Below, one piece after another: positions 10,926-25,283 of a stretch of 64,000 nucleotides of DNA (the stretch's first letter is position 1; each line of letters begins with the position of its first letter). Below the pieces are notes generated by a model, which worked only from the letters and a program-made list of their open reading frames with translations, was not told where the DNA came from and did no database searches. This stretch comes from Eledone cirrhosa. Lineage: Eukaryota. The position numbers and the translations under genes were made by a program. The DNA lies in the NCBI GenBank assembly GCA_964016885.1, contig OZ024743.1, positions 150,598,001 through 150,662,000 on the forward strand, written 5' to 3'.

Positions 10926-13900
10926 AATTGAGCTTGTTATTACATGAAATGATGCTTTTAATAATATTTCATCAATAAATCTTAGTATTTTTTTTCTTGA
11001 ATTGTGTGTTGCTTTATGTTACTTTTGATGTGTTCTAATTGTCAAAATTTCAAGAATAAACCATTGCTCTCTATTCTATAACATCTAAATGATATTCAAA
11101 GGGTTTTCATTATTAACATTTCCAACAACATTACTACTGCACCAATATTCAAGTTTCAGGAGCTAACATTTTTTTCCTTTTACTGTTTAACGTTAGGGGA
11201 GAGAGAATGTCATTGTGTTGTAAATAATTTTATGTTATATATAGGTTTTCTATCTCATATTAGCTTATGAGTTAGATAGTTACTCAACTTGTGAGAAATA
11301 GCAGCTTAATCTCTCTAAAATCCTAATTTCTTTGTCTTCTGTTAAAAATGAATGAATGGATCCATTTCATAAAATTAGTCCAAATTATAATTATGTCTCA
11401 AAAGATGACAGATCATAGGTCAGTTCAAATGGAAGTTACCACCAAGGGTGTGGAGGACAACACCAAAAATACTACTAGAAAAATATCCATATCTATTGAG
11501 CAAAGAATAATTAATTGTATGTATTTATGCTGGTTTTGATTCAATAGTAGAAATAGAATAAAATAAAAAAATGTTGTCCAGTAATGCAGTATTAGAAACT
11601 AGTCAAAGGTGCCCCAAAAGACCATGCCCAAGAGCATTCAACATTTCTGTGATAATCATTTAAATTTCGTTTTATTTAATTTAACATACATACTTTAATA
11701 AGCACATTTATCTTGCAAAAAGTTTGTGAAACAACTAAAAGAATATTCATAATTTATTTGTTCTCCGAAGCTCAAATTAACATGTGTAAAGAAAAAGCTA
11801 GAACTTAGAATAAATTCTTATTTGGTGCAGATGTCATAGAAACCCATTATAAACCCACTATAATCTGTGCCATTAGAGTGGCAGATGGAATGTCATACAG
11901 TTGTAATCATGCCCTTACAAATCCCTATTTATATATTGTATATTCCGAAACATATACAAATTCATCAGCCATCACTCACAACAATAGCAGACCAGTAATA
12001 GTTTGTAATATATTGCCACTTATTTTATCTGTCCTACCCTGAGATAATGACAGATAAAGTCGAGTCCAACAGGATTTGAACGTAGAACATATATAATGAA
12101 ATATCATCAAGTATTTTGTTCACAATACTGTTTCTTCCAAACATAATAAAGAAGGAGATGATGATAACGACAATGAAGAAGATGATTAATGAGTTTCAAT
12201 ATACTTTGGTTTAAATTGTACATTAGTTTGGTGATTAAAGATATTGGGTTTAAAATAATAAATAAAAAACAAGTCATAAGCAATAAAAATAATGAGCTGG
12301 ATGACATTTTCCTAAACAAAAGACTAAACAAAATGTTGAATATATTCATACATGTCCCAGCATGGCCGTTGTCTAACAACTGAAACCACTAAAAGAGTAT
12401 GCTTTTAGAGTTATAGGATTGGGATGTCATTAGAAATTTATCTTTTTACAGACATAAGTAATTTGTAGTCTATGTAATGTTGCTGTTTAAGAAAGTATGA
12501 CAAATGAAGAGCCTGTGTCAAAAATATATTAATGAAGGATAGGGTTGGGCATAGTAACAATTTACTTAAGAAATTTAACAGCTAAGAACAATGGAAACAA
12601 ATCATGTTTTAGCAGGAGTATTTCTGCTTGAACACAGAATTTATTTTGCAATGAAATCACAAGTTACACACAATTGATGTATATATGTATATCAATTCTT
12701 CAGGATGTTAACATTTGGACATGGTGCTGTTTTTTTGGATATAAATTTTAACAGAAAATTATTTCATGGACATAATTCTTAGAATACAAGAAGTTTTATG
12801 TCTTTATTCAAAATATTTATGTTTATCTAAATTCATACAACAAAAACATAAATGGTCCTATAAAATAAAAATCTAAAGTACTCCAAATGGTATAATACCA
12901 TCTCTATATGTTTGAGGAATTATATATATAGAATTATTACTTAGTAACTTAAAAATAGAGGCCAAATAAAAGTACTCAATCTTCCTGGCAGCCTATAACT
13001 GAAACAATCAATTTGCTTACTCTTAATGATACCAGTATATTGCAAAACATGACCTTACAAACTATAATTTATTTAAGTAATTTCAAAATTTGATAGAGAC
13101 TTTTTGAATTATAAAAATATATTTATATTATTTTACTTTTTAAGTCTGAAGAATTATAAACATTATGCTCTTCATCTGAAAAAGTAAATCATGTACATAA
13201 AATGCAAGAGATGCTATTTGTATTGATGAAAATAGAACCCTGAATATAAACATAACTAGAATTATTTAAAGCTGATTTCTATATGATACGAGAAGATTAA
13301 GTTACAGTATATGTTTAAATGAAACAACTAACATAATTTTAACATTTCTAAGGGCAACTGAATGCCATAAATGACCTGAACATCTGACTTCACATATTGC
13401 AGATTCAACTTCAATTTTGTGACTTCTTGACCATATATTTCCAAATCCTTAAGCTAGTTAGTTCACCACTTGTTCACCACAGTGCTAAACTGACATGCAG
13501 GATTTGACGATGTTTAGTGCAATAAAAGGTTGAAACAGAAAGTTTTCCGTGTGTATTGTCCAATTCTGTGGTTAATTTCCCTTTATTGTCTAATTTATAT
13601 GATTTTATAAGGATTTTCATGAGTATTAGATTTTGCTTGAGAATTATTTGATATATTAACCTTCTTCTTTCTTTCCCTTTTCGTCTTCTTCTTCTTCTTC
13701 TCTTTTTCATCATTATATTTAGTCTAATTGCAAATCTTTCAAGACAATTGCAGTTGAATTTAGTTTTCTAAATCAATCTCATTTTTTGATGTGTTTTAGA
13801 AGTGACATATATTTTGATGTGTTCACAGCCTAGTTAAATCCATTGAAAATAGAGAATATAATAATATGATGGACAAGATATTATTGACTTCTACTCTTCC

Positions 13901-14275
13901 CTCTTATGGTTAGGTCAGACATCTGCCTGCTATTGGTACCATGTAATCCAGTACAACATGTTTCAAGGTCAAGTGGTTGATGTCTAAACATGCTCCCCCA
14001 CCAGACTCTGGTCTGGTGATAAGGTTAAGTGGAACCCCAGCAATACAGTTGTTAAAGGTGGATGAATTCCTTAGAGTCAAAGCCCATCCACCCCAACTAT
14101 CGGTTAAATAGCCTCACCGACCTGCAATTGGTCAAGTGCGGTGAGTATGGCTACACAAATGACATGACCAAAACCAAACAAAGGTGGTGAAGGTCAGCTA
14201 GGGAGGGGTTCCTCCTACAGAAGTGAGAAGACCCAGAATTGAATTGGACTCTTCCCTGATAATAATAATGATAAT

Positions 14276-14450
14276 TGTTTCTACTTTTAGCACAAGGCCA
14301 GTGCATTACTGGTACTTTATTTTATTGACCCCGTAAGGATGAAAGGCAAAGTTAACCTTGGCAGGATTTGAACTCAGAATGGAAAGGGCCGTAACTCTAT
14401 GCATCAAAGCATGGCATCTGACCCTCTACCGATATTGCCAATCCACTGCT
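14276..14450 (-). mobile_element. SINE family A with (ATT)n tail
   Basis: Reverse complement of family A; flanked by cctgataataataatgataat on both sides (TSD-like). Confidence 0.85.
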
Positions 14451-15339
14451 ATTATAATCCACCTGATAATAATAATGATAATAATAATTAACTAGACACA
14501 AGAATAATATTGTATTTCATTCTATATACATTCATTGGAATTTATTTTTTCTTAACCTCAGAGGGAGAAAGTTGAAATTGATCTGTTAATCCAAGCAGGA
14601 TTTGGCTGCAGAAACATGAAAGAAATTAAATATTGTAAAGCATTCTACCCAGAAATTTATTGTTTACACCAAATTACATGTTTTAAAAAAATAATAATGA
14701 TACCCCAGGAATTCAGTAAAGGCATTTACTTTTTTTGACATTACATAATCACATTTTGCTTGCAATATACTTTGATAAATCTGTTATTTTTGCAATTTAC
14801 ATAATAAAGAGTTATTGCTTCTATGCCAGAGCTAAATTATTATCTGTTTATATTCAGTGGCAAACTAATCAATCATATAAGAGTAAAGATGAATATTTTG
14901 TCATGTAACTCCTGAGATTTTGAGAAATTGAAAGATAAATGTAAGCAGTGTTGCAGAAATAATTATAAAAGAATGTTCTCATAGTTAATGGAGATTCATT
15001 TGGCTATTACGATGAGTTAATTACATGAGATCAATTTAGTATCTATTTGTGTTGGTGGCTTGAACATTATGACTCTTTTGATGAATGCTCAATGAAGGTG
15101 TGTGGCAAGACCATTTTAGTTAAGTGAGCTGCCTTATTTAAATGTAATATCTGAAGTAACATTTTAGTACTGCTCTTATGTTTATCATAGCTTCTTTACA
15201 ACCTGAAGTAGCTTCAACACTTTCATTTTATCCACTAGAAATACCAACCAAATCCCACTCCAATCATGCTGTAATGTTTTACAAAAAAAAAGAAAAAAGA
15301 AAAAGAAAAAGGATACATTTGAAGCCACTAATATACAAT

Positions 15340-15745
15340 AAAAACAAAATGCTCTGGTCATTCTTACCCGGTATGCACTTCTTTATACAGCTGTCATCCT
15401 CCATATGCTTCACATATCCATAACATCAGTTGCATCATCTTCACACAGCATCTGCCAACTCTTATGCCCAATTTCTTTCTCAATTCATTGATGCATTATC
15501 ATATCCATAAGAACATGCATGCCTCACTTCTCTCCAATCTTCATAGGTCCTCTGCATATAAAGCCCAAGTCTCAATTCCAAGCAGAGAGTCAGTTAGATA
15601 TGTGAAGATCTATATCTTACTTAGCAAAACAAGTAAAAGTCCACATCAGAAATAGGCATCTGGCTGTAGAATCTGCCTCAAAATGCCTCATTCAGCCTAG
15701 GCCAGCATGGAAACACCGATATAAAACTGAGGATGATGGTGGTGA
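15340..15745. mobile_element. RTE 3' fragments (- strand 15340-15570; + strand tail 15630-15745)
   Basis: ctttatacagctgtcatcc matches the other RTE copies; ggcatctggctgtaga...gccagcatggaa...gatgatg tail. Confidence 0.6.
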
Positions 15746-16390
15746 TATAAAGATGATGGAACATATTTGTCATGTCTAACATAGTTCATATATATATGTG
15801 GATAATGCTTTCCCATTCTTACTGGCACAAAGAAATAACCAAAAGTTGATATACACACACACACATACACACACACACATATATATATATATAACACATA
15901 AACATATATATACATGTGTGTGTGTGAGAGTTTATTGATCTCTCAAACATGTTTAATCTCTCTCTCCTTATATAAGGAAAATTTCAATACCAAAATCTTT
16001 ACATGAAAAAAATATGCAAAGAAAAAGAAACTTTATAATTTTGTTCATGAACCCCTTTGTCCTACAAAGAATGTATACTCAATGATTTTTTTCTTTTTTC
16101 TGAAATAGTAACAGGAAATGCATCGAGGTTTAGAGTGGAGCTCCAGTTAACAACGTCTTTTGGGTTTTTTTAAAATAAAATATGCAATTACATGGTTGTG
16201 CCTTGCAATGAATTGTGTGCATGTGTGTGTATGTGAGTGTGTGCCGTGCATCTGCATTCACCTTTGATTAACAACATTTTAAATCAAAGAGCAATAAGTT
16301 CAGTCTTGCTTCCCCACTGCTCTAGAGGATTCGAAATAATGATATATATATATGTATATGTCTTGGCCTTATTACACATAGTCTAACGTT

Positions 16391-16425
<35 letters not shown>

Positions 16426-17019
16426 ATTGTTCATAAACAATTTTCTATCCTTCAGCAAGAAAACAATAGATTATACTGTCATATTTATACAAGAGTGAGT
16501 CATTGGTTAATCAAATCAATACAGTGTGTGAGTGTGTGTGCATGAGTGAGTGTGTGTGTGTGTGTGTATAAATACAGATGAAATACTAGATAAAAAGATT
16601 GAAAGATATCTAATACTTTATAACCAGGAATGTTTCTATGAAATACAACAGTCAGCAATGGGTGAAAGAAATTGTAAACAATGAGAAAAATAATCCAATC
16701 ATTTATATGACCAGCTAATATTACAACACTGCATATCATTGGAACTATTCATCAAACATGTACATGTGGGCAAACACAAAAAGATTTCTATGCCAAGAAA
16801 ATAACAGGTAATTTTATAGTAAATAATTAACATTTTGAAAAATTTTACAATAGTAGCTTTTGTACATAATATAATGTTGTTATTGTTTAGCCCCCCCGGA
16901 CAACCCTAAGAAAACAGGCTGATGATCAAAGGTATTCCATCTATGAACATCTAATTACTTTTATCTGAGACTTGTTTCTGCTTTATCTAAAGATCTATCT
17001 CTAAAGTCTGTCTGGCTTG

Positions 17020-17260
17020 TTAGGCTGGTGCTTATCCCAGTTTCATCGTGTGAAGCAACTGAGGCTACTAGACAAGAAGCCAGTCCATTACAGGGTTAAA
17101 CTCCCAGCTATTGCTATTTTCAGCTGGGTATACTGGAGCAATGAAAAACGAAGTGTTTTGCTCAAGAACACAACACGCAACCCAGCCCAGGAATCAAACC
17201 CACAACATTATATTCATAAGTCCAACACCCTTACCACTAGGCCATTCGCCTCCACTCTGC
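17020..17260 (-). mobile_element. tRNA-derived CORE-type SINE nested in an unclassified dispersed repeat (16880-17370)
   Basis: Minus strand: A box tggcctagtggtaag, B box ggtttgattcc, CORE-like gtgttcttgagcaaaacactt. The host repeat (tgatcaaaggtattccatctatg...) recurs at about 1580, 4260-4470, 21300-21490 and 37080-37200. Confidence 0.7.
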
Positions 17261-18299
17261 TTTATCTAGTATTCAATTATTCAATATGTTCTTTTTAAAG
17301 ATGGCAGAGCATGATTTGAGAAGATTTAGCATCTATTTCAAGAAGAACAAGTGACCATACACTGGTTCTGTTCGTGTTTTCAATCTTAATAAAATGAGAA
17401 AAATGTCATTTTGACTTTCTAGTTTAGCCCATAGAAATTATTTCAAATTAAGAAATTTAATGCAAATATCCAGTTTTTGAAAATCAAACTCTTCTGAAAA
17501 TTAAGGATCATTAATAGCCACTACAAATTTGGTTATATGAAACCATCATCATCATCGTGATTTCATATATGAAATGTAAAGATTTACCAAATATAATATA
17601 AAACACATCATGGACAAATTACTGAAATATATAATAATGTGTTTAATAAAAATGAAATTACTCAAAAACAACTATATATACTTTACTCACTGTTCAAATG
17701 CTTAGCACTATAAACAAAATTGTTGAAACTCTTAGCAATCTATTGTTCATTGAGAACAGAAAAAAATGAAAAACAGACATATTTACTGTAATTTTCTAAA
17801 TTGTCTTTACTTAAAATATAGAGCTACTTTACTTCAGCTATACAATCCCTCAAAATTTTTATCACAAGAAAAATCAGCTATCATCTGATAAATTTGCTAA
17901 GAAATCTGTTGGTTATAATGAATCGTATTAATGCTGAAAAACTGGCAATTAATTATAATGTTAACGACATCTGAATAATGATGAAGAAATAACCTTTGGA
18001 TAAACTTTTAAAAAAGCAAGTAAACTGAAAATATATCTAATAAACAGAGATGAATTGTTAAAGTAACGTTGATTAGATTTTTAAGAACACTCATCAAAAC
18101 CAGCATGTTACTCCATGAAAATACATGAACATGTATTTCAGTTTACATAATCAATCCCTAAAAACAATGATTATCACTTGTGCACACACCTACATATATA
18201 CACATATATATGTAAAAGGTAAACAGAAACAACAAGACAAATGGCACAGTATATGGAAGGAATATATAAGTTTAATGCTTGAAATAGCAAGAAGAGAGT

Positions 18300-18418
18300 C
18301 TTAACAATAGGACGGTCGGGCTTACTAGGTTTATGTATTTTGGGGAGGCAGTAGATGGTGGGTGTGTGAGGGGTGTGCACTATACAGTTGGTGGCTGTGG
18401 GGGGCAGGAGAAAGGAGG
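18300..18418 (-). mobile_element. short Penelope-like RT fragment of a different lineage
   Basis: Reads PTIYCLPKIHKPSKPDRPIV (PLE motif LPKIHK...RPIV) and abuts a (TA)n run. Confidence 0.65.
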
Positions 18419-19179
18419 AATATATATATATATATGCTCATTAAAAGGAGTGATACAAATACCTATGTACATATATAATTATGCTAAGGGATGTACAGAA
18501 CAAAAGACATATGAACCCAGATGCTTGCATAAGCATACACAATTATATGTATAATAAGTTATATCTGTATAAATACAAAGTGCGTAACGGAGACTGCACC
18601 AACATGTATAAATATATACACATATCTAATATGTAGGCATGTAAACATGACAGAAAATATGAACTTCCCAACATTTTTTATTAATTTTCGGATTTTATTG
18701 GATTCACATCAGAAGATGTGTATATCATCCAATCAACCACAAGGAAATGTATTTAAAAGGTATATATATATATACCCATTCACACTTTTTTATAGTATAT
18801 CAATTTAGCGTTTTCTCATGCATTTGTTATTTTCTAATTATGAAGAAATAAATTTTCTAAAAATATGTGAGGGAGTTGTTTTGTCCATACCTTGCAGTAT
18901 TATCTTGCACATATAATAGGTTTTTATCTGAGTTAAAAAACATATAACTATTTATTTGGGTTTTCATTGTCCCCCCCCCCAAAGATAAAAGCATCATCTG
19001 TTGGTTAAAAAGTTAAAAACATCCAGTGGTTATACTGTTTCTTTTAAATTAAAAGTAATAAATCCTGCTGAGAAAAAAACAAACAAACAGTAGTGCATTT
19101 GCTAGAGAATTTGGTGAAAGCAATATGAGAAGATAAAGAAAGCAAAAAATGCAACAATAGAAAATACCAAAAGTTAAGC

Positions 19180-20810
19180 AAAATTTTGTTTTTGCTAAAT
19201 TTATTTTTAGGCCTTTCAACTCTAGGTTCTTCCATGTGGGAAATTTTGTCTCTAATTCTCCTACGGATTCTACTATGAGAACTAAATCATCAGCATAGAG
19301 AGCTTCCATGGACTACCAATTTCAAACTCCTCAGTGATGGCTTGAAGCATAATGATAAATAGGAGTGAACTAAAGATTGACCCTTGATGGACCCCCACCT
19401 ACACTTCAAATTCATCACTGTATTCATTGCTAACTCTTACTCTGCTGGTTGCTTCTTTATACATGGCCTGCATCATTCCCACAAACCATTCATCTACACC
19501 TAGCTTCCTAGCCTACCAGATTACAGAATGTGGGTCCCTGTCAAAGGCCTTCTCCATGTCTACAAAAGCCTGGTACAGTGGCTTACACTTAGCTAAGTAC
19601 CTCTCCTGTAGTTGTTTTACCAGAAAGAGGGCATTAGTAGTACCCCTGCCTAGCATAAATCCAAACTGCATCTCATCTAACTTGATTCTGAGCCTAATTA
19701 ATTGTGCTATAATTGTTTCAGCAACTTTCTAAACTGGTCCATCAACTTGATGCCTCTACAGTTATTTCTCTCTAGTGTATATCCTTTACTCTTGTAGTAA
19801 CTTAAAAGGATACTGCTACACCAGTCATTGGGTATGACCCATTCCAGTATAACCTGATTAACTAATCATCTGACTAGCATATATCCTACCATGCCAGATG
19901 CTTTCAGTATCTCAGCAACTATACCAGATGGTCCAGCTGCTTTTCCTACCTTCATGTCTTTAATTGCTTTATCTACTACACTTTTATAGCTGGTGTCTCA
20001 GTTGGGTCTGCATGGGGTAGGCTCTCGCTGTCCCATTTATTCTCTTCATTCAGCCATCTCTCATAGTAGGTCTTCTATGTTTTTTTTTCATTTTAGTGTC
20101 AGACAGGGAAAGTGCTTCATTATCATTTTGGATGCACTTTTCCCCAGCTACATCACAATTTTCTCAAGCACACTGTCTTGCAGTCCAAAACACTTCACAT
20201 CTCACATCATTAGGATGCAGAACGTGTGCAAACTTTTTTTTTGCCTTTGCCCTTGCTAAGTATACCTGATACCTGTGGCCTCTCTTCTAGCTATTTGGTA
20301 TTGTTCTGTCTCCCTACTTCTGCCAGTTTCTCCAGGCTTGTCATTTTGTTTTTATGGCTCTATCTACCTTATCATTCCACCACCACATCACCCTCCATCT
20401 TACTGGTATCTTGGTCCAGTCACTGGCCTGGTTTGTGGCTTCTAGCAGGATGTTCCATAAGAATTCTCAGTTTTCATCTATGTTATATGTCTCCATCTCC
20501 TCTTCCTTACTGTCATAAACGTCAAGTAGGATTTCTTTGAATTTGTAATTGCAGCAGACTCTCTTAGCTTCCAGGTCTTCCTTCATCAGACTGCATTTTG
20601 TCTCTTAGTCTATCTAGCCCTTATTCTAAGGTCACTTACAACTAGTTTATGTTGGGTGGTACATTCTTCCCTGGGAAAGGCTTTAACATTTATAACCATT
20701 TGTATTTCCCATTTCCTAGAGAATGAAGCCTAGTTGGGTTGTATGCCTTAGTTAGTAGGTAATCAGGTGGCTGTCTGATTTCTTGAATTTTGTGTTGCAG
20801 ATCATTAAGT
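19180..20810 (-). mobile_element. RTE-clade LINE internal fragment (end of APE to RT), degenerate
   Basis: LYADDLVLI, AFVDMEKAFDRDP, GVHQGSIFSSLLF and KAAGPSGIVAEILK are recognisable on the minus strand. Confidence 0.85.
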
Positions 20811-23766
20811 CGAGAGCATCACAGAACTCCAAAAACCTATTATCCTTTTGTCTAGTGCCATAACTGTAGCCTCCGTATGTGCAAAAGAATCCATTATGAT
20901 GTTTCCTAACATGTCCATTGAAAGTTTAAAGCTATCTTTCATTGGAAATATGGTAACAAATGGATTAAAAATCAAGTGAATGTTGGTGTCAGAACGGCCT
21001 CTGGCTATAGAATTCTGTCTCACAATGTCTCATCCAACTCATGTCAGCATAGAAAAACCGATAGTAAAGATGATATGTATATTTTAACTGACAATCATGA
21101 CTTTTTCAGTATGTAGTTGTTTCTCTTTCAACAGGTCTCAGATAAAGTCACTTACCAAACAAGTACGACTCTGAAATGATAATAATTGTCAGTTATTTAT
21201 TCATAATGATATAACTTTAAACTGTTATACTTAAAGCAAATATAATTCATGCCACCACAGGGAAATGGATGTCAATCAAACATATCTATTGGTGTTCCTG
21301 CGATTTAGTTTTTCATCAAGACTGAGCAAACCTATGATCAGAGGCATTCCATCTATGGCCACCTCTTCTTTACCCTGAGCATATTGTAACTTCAGCAAAT
21401 TATTCAATTTATGCTGCCTTTTTTTTAAGCTTGTAGGGTTTCATTTGAGGGACGTCTAGCAGACTAATTTACCATATAGAGGCTTCCTTGATCGTTTATA
21501 AACGTAATGCATCCATATTTCTTAGCTTTAATTTATATGCCTATTTGTGAAGCAAATATATATAAAAAAATCAAATAGATAGAATTTAGTATTATTGGAC
21601 ATATCTAACATTAGTTATTCTTTTATTATTAGTTATTTTTAGTTATAACTTTATTTGAATGTAACATTATAAACCCTAGAGGGAAAAATAATTGGTGACA
21701 CTTGTATCATATCTTTAAATCTTAGAATTATAATCTCAATAATTAGGAGAATCAGTAAAAATTGCACTGCTTATTTTGTGAATATTTTATAAAAGAAATA
21801 CATATTTTGTTAAAATGTAATGTAATTCTTTCATTAATAACATTATTATGAATGATGAAGTAAAACATAATGAACTGTTACTTGGTGTTAAATTAATGTA
21901 TCAAAATATGCTGAGTTTGAAGTAAATTCATAATTCAGCATTGTTAGTGTCACTACTATTCCAGTAAGTACTTCACAAATTGCATTCATGAAAAACTGAT
22001 AGTTTTAAGTTGTTGCATGTTAAAACCTATTGTTTAGGCTTTGGTAATTTTATTGACATTACTGAAATTGTACTAGGAAATATTTGTATATAAAAAAAAA
22101 AATTAATAATCTAAATTGTCTCTTTTCTGTAAAACGACTTTAAGTATATTTTATAAACAAAGTGTAATTACAACAATTTATTTTACAAGAAATTAATTAA
22201 ACACCCATTTTATTGAAAATATTCTAAATACACTTTATGTATTTCAGCAACTAAAACATATCTCAATTGAGAATAGTACAGCTAAAATTTCTAAGAAATA
22301 AAACCAAACTTATAAATAAAATAAATTGAATATTGTCAACTAGCTTTTAGCTGATATGTTATTTCATAACATTTTTGTTGAAAATTGTGCCTAAATTTTT
22401 AAATTAGAGAACATTTTTAATTGCGCCCTTTATTATAGCTACAACGATTGGAAGACATCAGCATAAGTAAATCCTCTTACATTAGCACCTTCCTGCAAGC
22501 TATTTTCCAGTTGAAAACTTGTGGAACTAAAGTGAACTTTGTTTTATGAACTATAAAAGTGAAAAATTTCCAGAAAAATCAGTATGATGTTGTTAAAATG
22601 TAACATTTTAATTATAAGTAATTTAAATATAACAATGGATTTTAAAGTTATATATGCTCTCATTTTCTTATTTATTCAAAACAAATATTTTTCCTATTTC
22701 TCCATGCCTTTTAGAGAAAATGCTTTTCAAAAACTTCCTCTTAATTTCATTGAGTTTCAGAAATTTTCAATATTATATTACATATTTTCATCATTAATAC
22801 ATTCAAAATAATATAAGAGGAGTCCTAACTTGCTGTTCCAGTATTTCAATAACAAATCTTATATTTCAATAACTAGAGATTTCTACATGACAATTCTAAA
22901 ATTCTAACACTACTTTATTGCAATGTTATGCAAGTCGGGCTTTTACTTGAATTTTGATAGAATAACTTGATGTTTAAGGTTAATAACTGAATATAACCCT
23001 CACAATTTTCATCTCTAACAAATCAATCATGAAAGGAAATATATTCCTTTTGTAGCTTTTCTCAGGGATATGCTAATGGCATATTGTAAAGTGTTCAAAA
23101 ATACAGTCCATTTTCATTAATCTATTCTTATTATGATGTTATTTGTATTTGGTTCTTTTCTATCCTTCTTTACTTCAATTACAGGCACTTTTTACTTCAT
23201 TAATTTTACATATTTATGTTAAAACTTTCAATAAAAGAACATCAGTTGATTAATACTTTTCGGATTTTTAGTCACACATAATTGTGCATTTTGATGGGAA
23301 TGTAGATGTGTACAATATCCAAGAAGGGAATATGATTATATGTGATGGAATAGCTCTTTTCAAACAGGGGCTACTTCTTATCTTTTGATGGGCCTCTTCT
23401 GGGAAATATTTTCACACAATCTCTTGTAATAGTTGATGGTATTTTAAAGTAAGTAAAATAAAAGTGTGACCCATATGCAGAAAAGGAGTAGTTAGAAATT
23501 GCATACATTGTACTCAGTGTAAACTGTGAGTGCACAAGATGTATAGTGGGATCACAAACAGTCTAACAGAGAAAAAATACTTTGTGTGTATAAAAAATAC
23601 TTTGAGTTAGAGATCCCGTGCTCTTCAGCATGGCCGCTATTTTATAATAGCTTATGCTCTATTCAACCCACTAGGCACGCAATACCATGTGCGATTTTCT
23701 CTCTCTTTACAAACCTGCATTATTTAGTCTTCTAAGGAAATTAGTAGTGGAGTGATTACTGATCCG

Positions 23767-23846
23767 AACATCCACTGAAGGGCATCGGACCAGTTAATCT
23801 CTCCACTGATTTGCGAAACAGTTCTACCCAAAGCTGTCTGGATGTT
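23767..23846 (+). ncRNA. type I hammerhead ribozyme (A9-to-G core variant), probably in a solo PLE pseudo-LTR (about 23600-23975)
   Basis: Stem I AACATCCA/TGGATGTT (8 bp, perfect), CTGAAGG, stem II closed by gca/tgc, GAAA, stem III CAGTT/AGCTG, GTC cleavage triplet ending at 23838. Confidence 0.75.
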
Positions 23847-24065
23847 GATAGTTATCATAATAGGTTTGTAAATATTAATTCATCCTTTTAATTGAGTCTT
23901 GTGAACCGTATTATCTTTAGTCGGTATTCGCTTCACCCTGGCGGTTGTTTGTCCCTTGTGATTTGAATGCATATATGTATATATCTGTGTTCATCTCTCT
24001 TTATGATATATATAAATATATATATATATATGTGTATGTGTGTGTGTATAGAGAGAGAGAAAGAA

Positions 24066-25122
24066 GAAATTCCAAACATGGGAGCAAGGCCTAGAAAGAA
24101 GGGGCCTTAAAGTTAACCTGACAAAGACTAAGGTCCTAGTAAGGTAAGGTAAAGAGAAAACAAAACCCAGATCCCTTCAGGGAAATGGTCCTGCTCAGTA
24201 TGTAGGAAAGGTCTAGGTAGAAACTCCATCCTCTGCTCCAAATGCAAACTATGGGTACACAAGAGATGTAGTGGGATCTCAGGAAATTTAGCTAAAAATG
24301 TAGGCTCTACATATAACTGCTGCACTGGGACAGTAAGCAGCAAACGACCACAGGAAACAAGCATGCCAAATTCTGGGAGGGCATGGTAGAAATAGTAGAC
24401 AGCTTCTGCTACCCAGGTGACCGAATTAGCAGCAGAGGTGGGTGTTCTGAAAGTACAGTAGCCAGAGTAAGAACGGGATGGAAGAAGTTCAGGGAGCTAT
24501 TGCCACTGCTAGCTGCAAAAGGCTTTTTTCCTCAAAATGAAAGGCAGACTGTATGATGCGTGCATACGAACATCAATGAGCGCTGAGTGCAGAGAGCAGA
24601 AGACTTGTGTAGATTGGAAAAAAGGAAACTTGCATGCTACGATGGATGTGTAATAGTAATATATGAGAACAGTGAAGCTTAAACAAACTGAGAGAGAAAC
24701 TAGGCATAAGGGACATCAAATGTAGTATGCAGGAGAGACTATTACGATGATATGAACATGTGATGTGTATAAAGGATGACAGCTGTATAAAAAGGTGCAG
24801 AGTGCTCAAAGTCAATGGAAGCCTTGGAGTGGGGAGATCCAGGAAGACTTGGGATGAGGTAATAAAAGCCGACCTTGCCCAGTTGCACCTCTCAAAGGGG
24901 ATGACACAGGACCGAGATCTCTGGTGTTACACAATAATATAGAAGACCTGATTACCACAGTAATGAGGTTTGTGTTAGGAAGGGCACCCAGCTGTAGAAA
25001 CCAAGCCAGAATCAGTTCTGTATGAGCAAGACATTCTTACCTGGCCTACGCTGTCCACAAGAGGACAACTTGTCTAACCCCTGCTAGCATGGAACAATGG
25101 GCGTAAAATGATGTTGATGAAG
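24066..25122 (+). mobile_element. RTE-clade LINE 3' part with PHD-like Cys/His insert and 3' tail
   Basis: GLKVNLTKTK...WSCSVCRKGLGRNSILCSKCKLWVHKRCSG...VEIVDSFCYPGD...GRSRKTWDEVIKADL; tail aggaagggcacccagctgtagaaa...atgatg. Confidence 0.85.
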
Positions 25123-25283
25123 ATGTATGTATATCATCATCATCATCACCATTTAACATCTATTTTCCATACTTGCATGGGTCAGATGGGTTGTTCACAT
25201 CGAGAGATGAGTCTGGCCAGAATTGGCCATGCCATACCTTGCTCTGCTTGGACTGTGTGTGTATATATATATAAATTTGAGTA

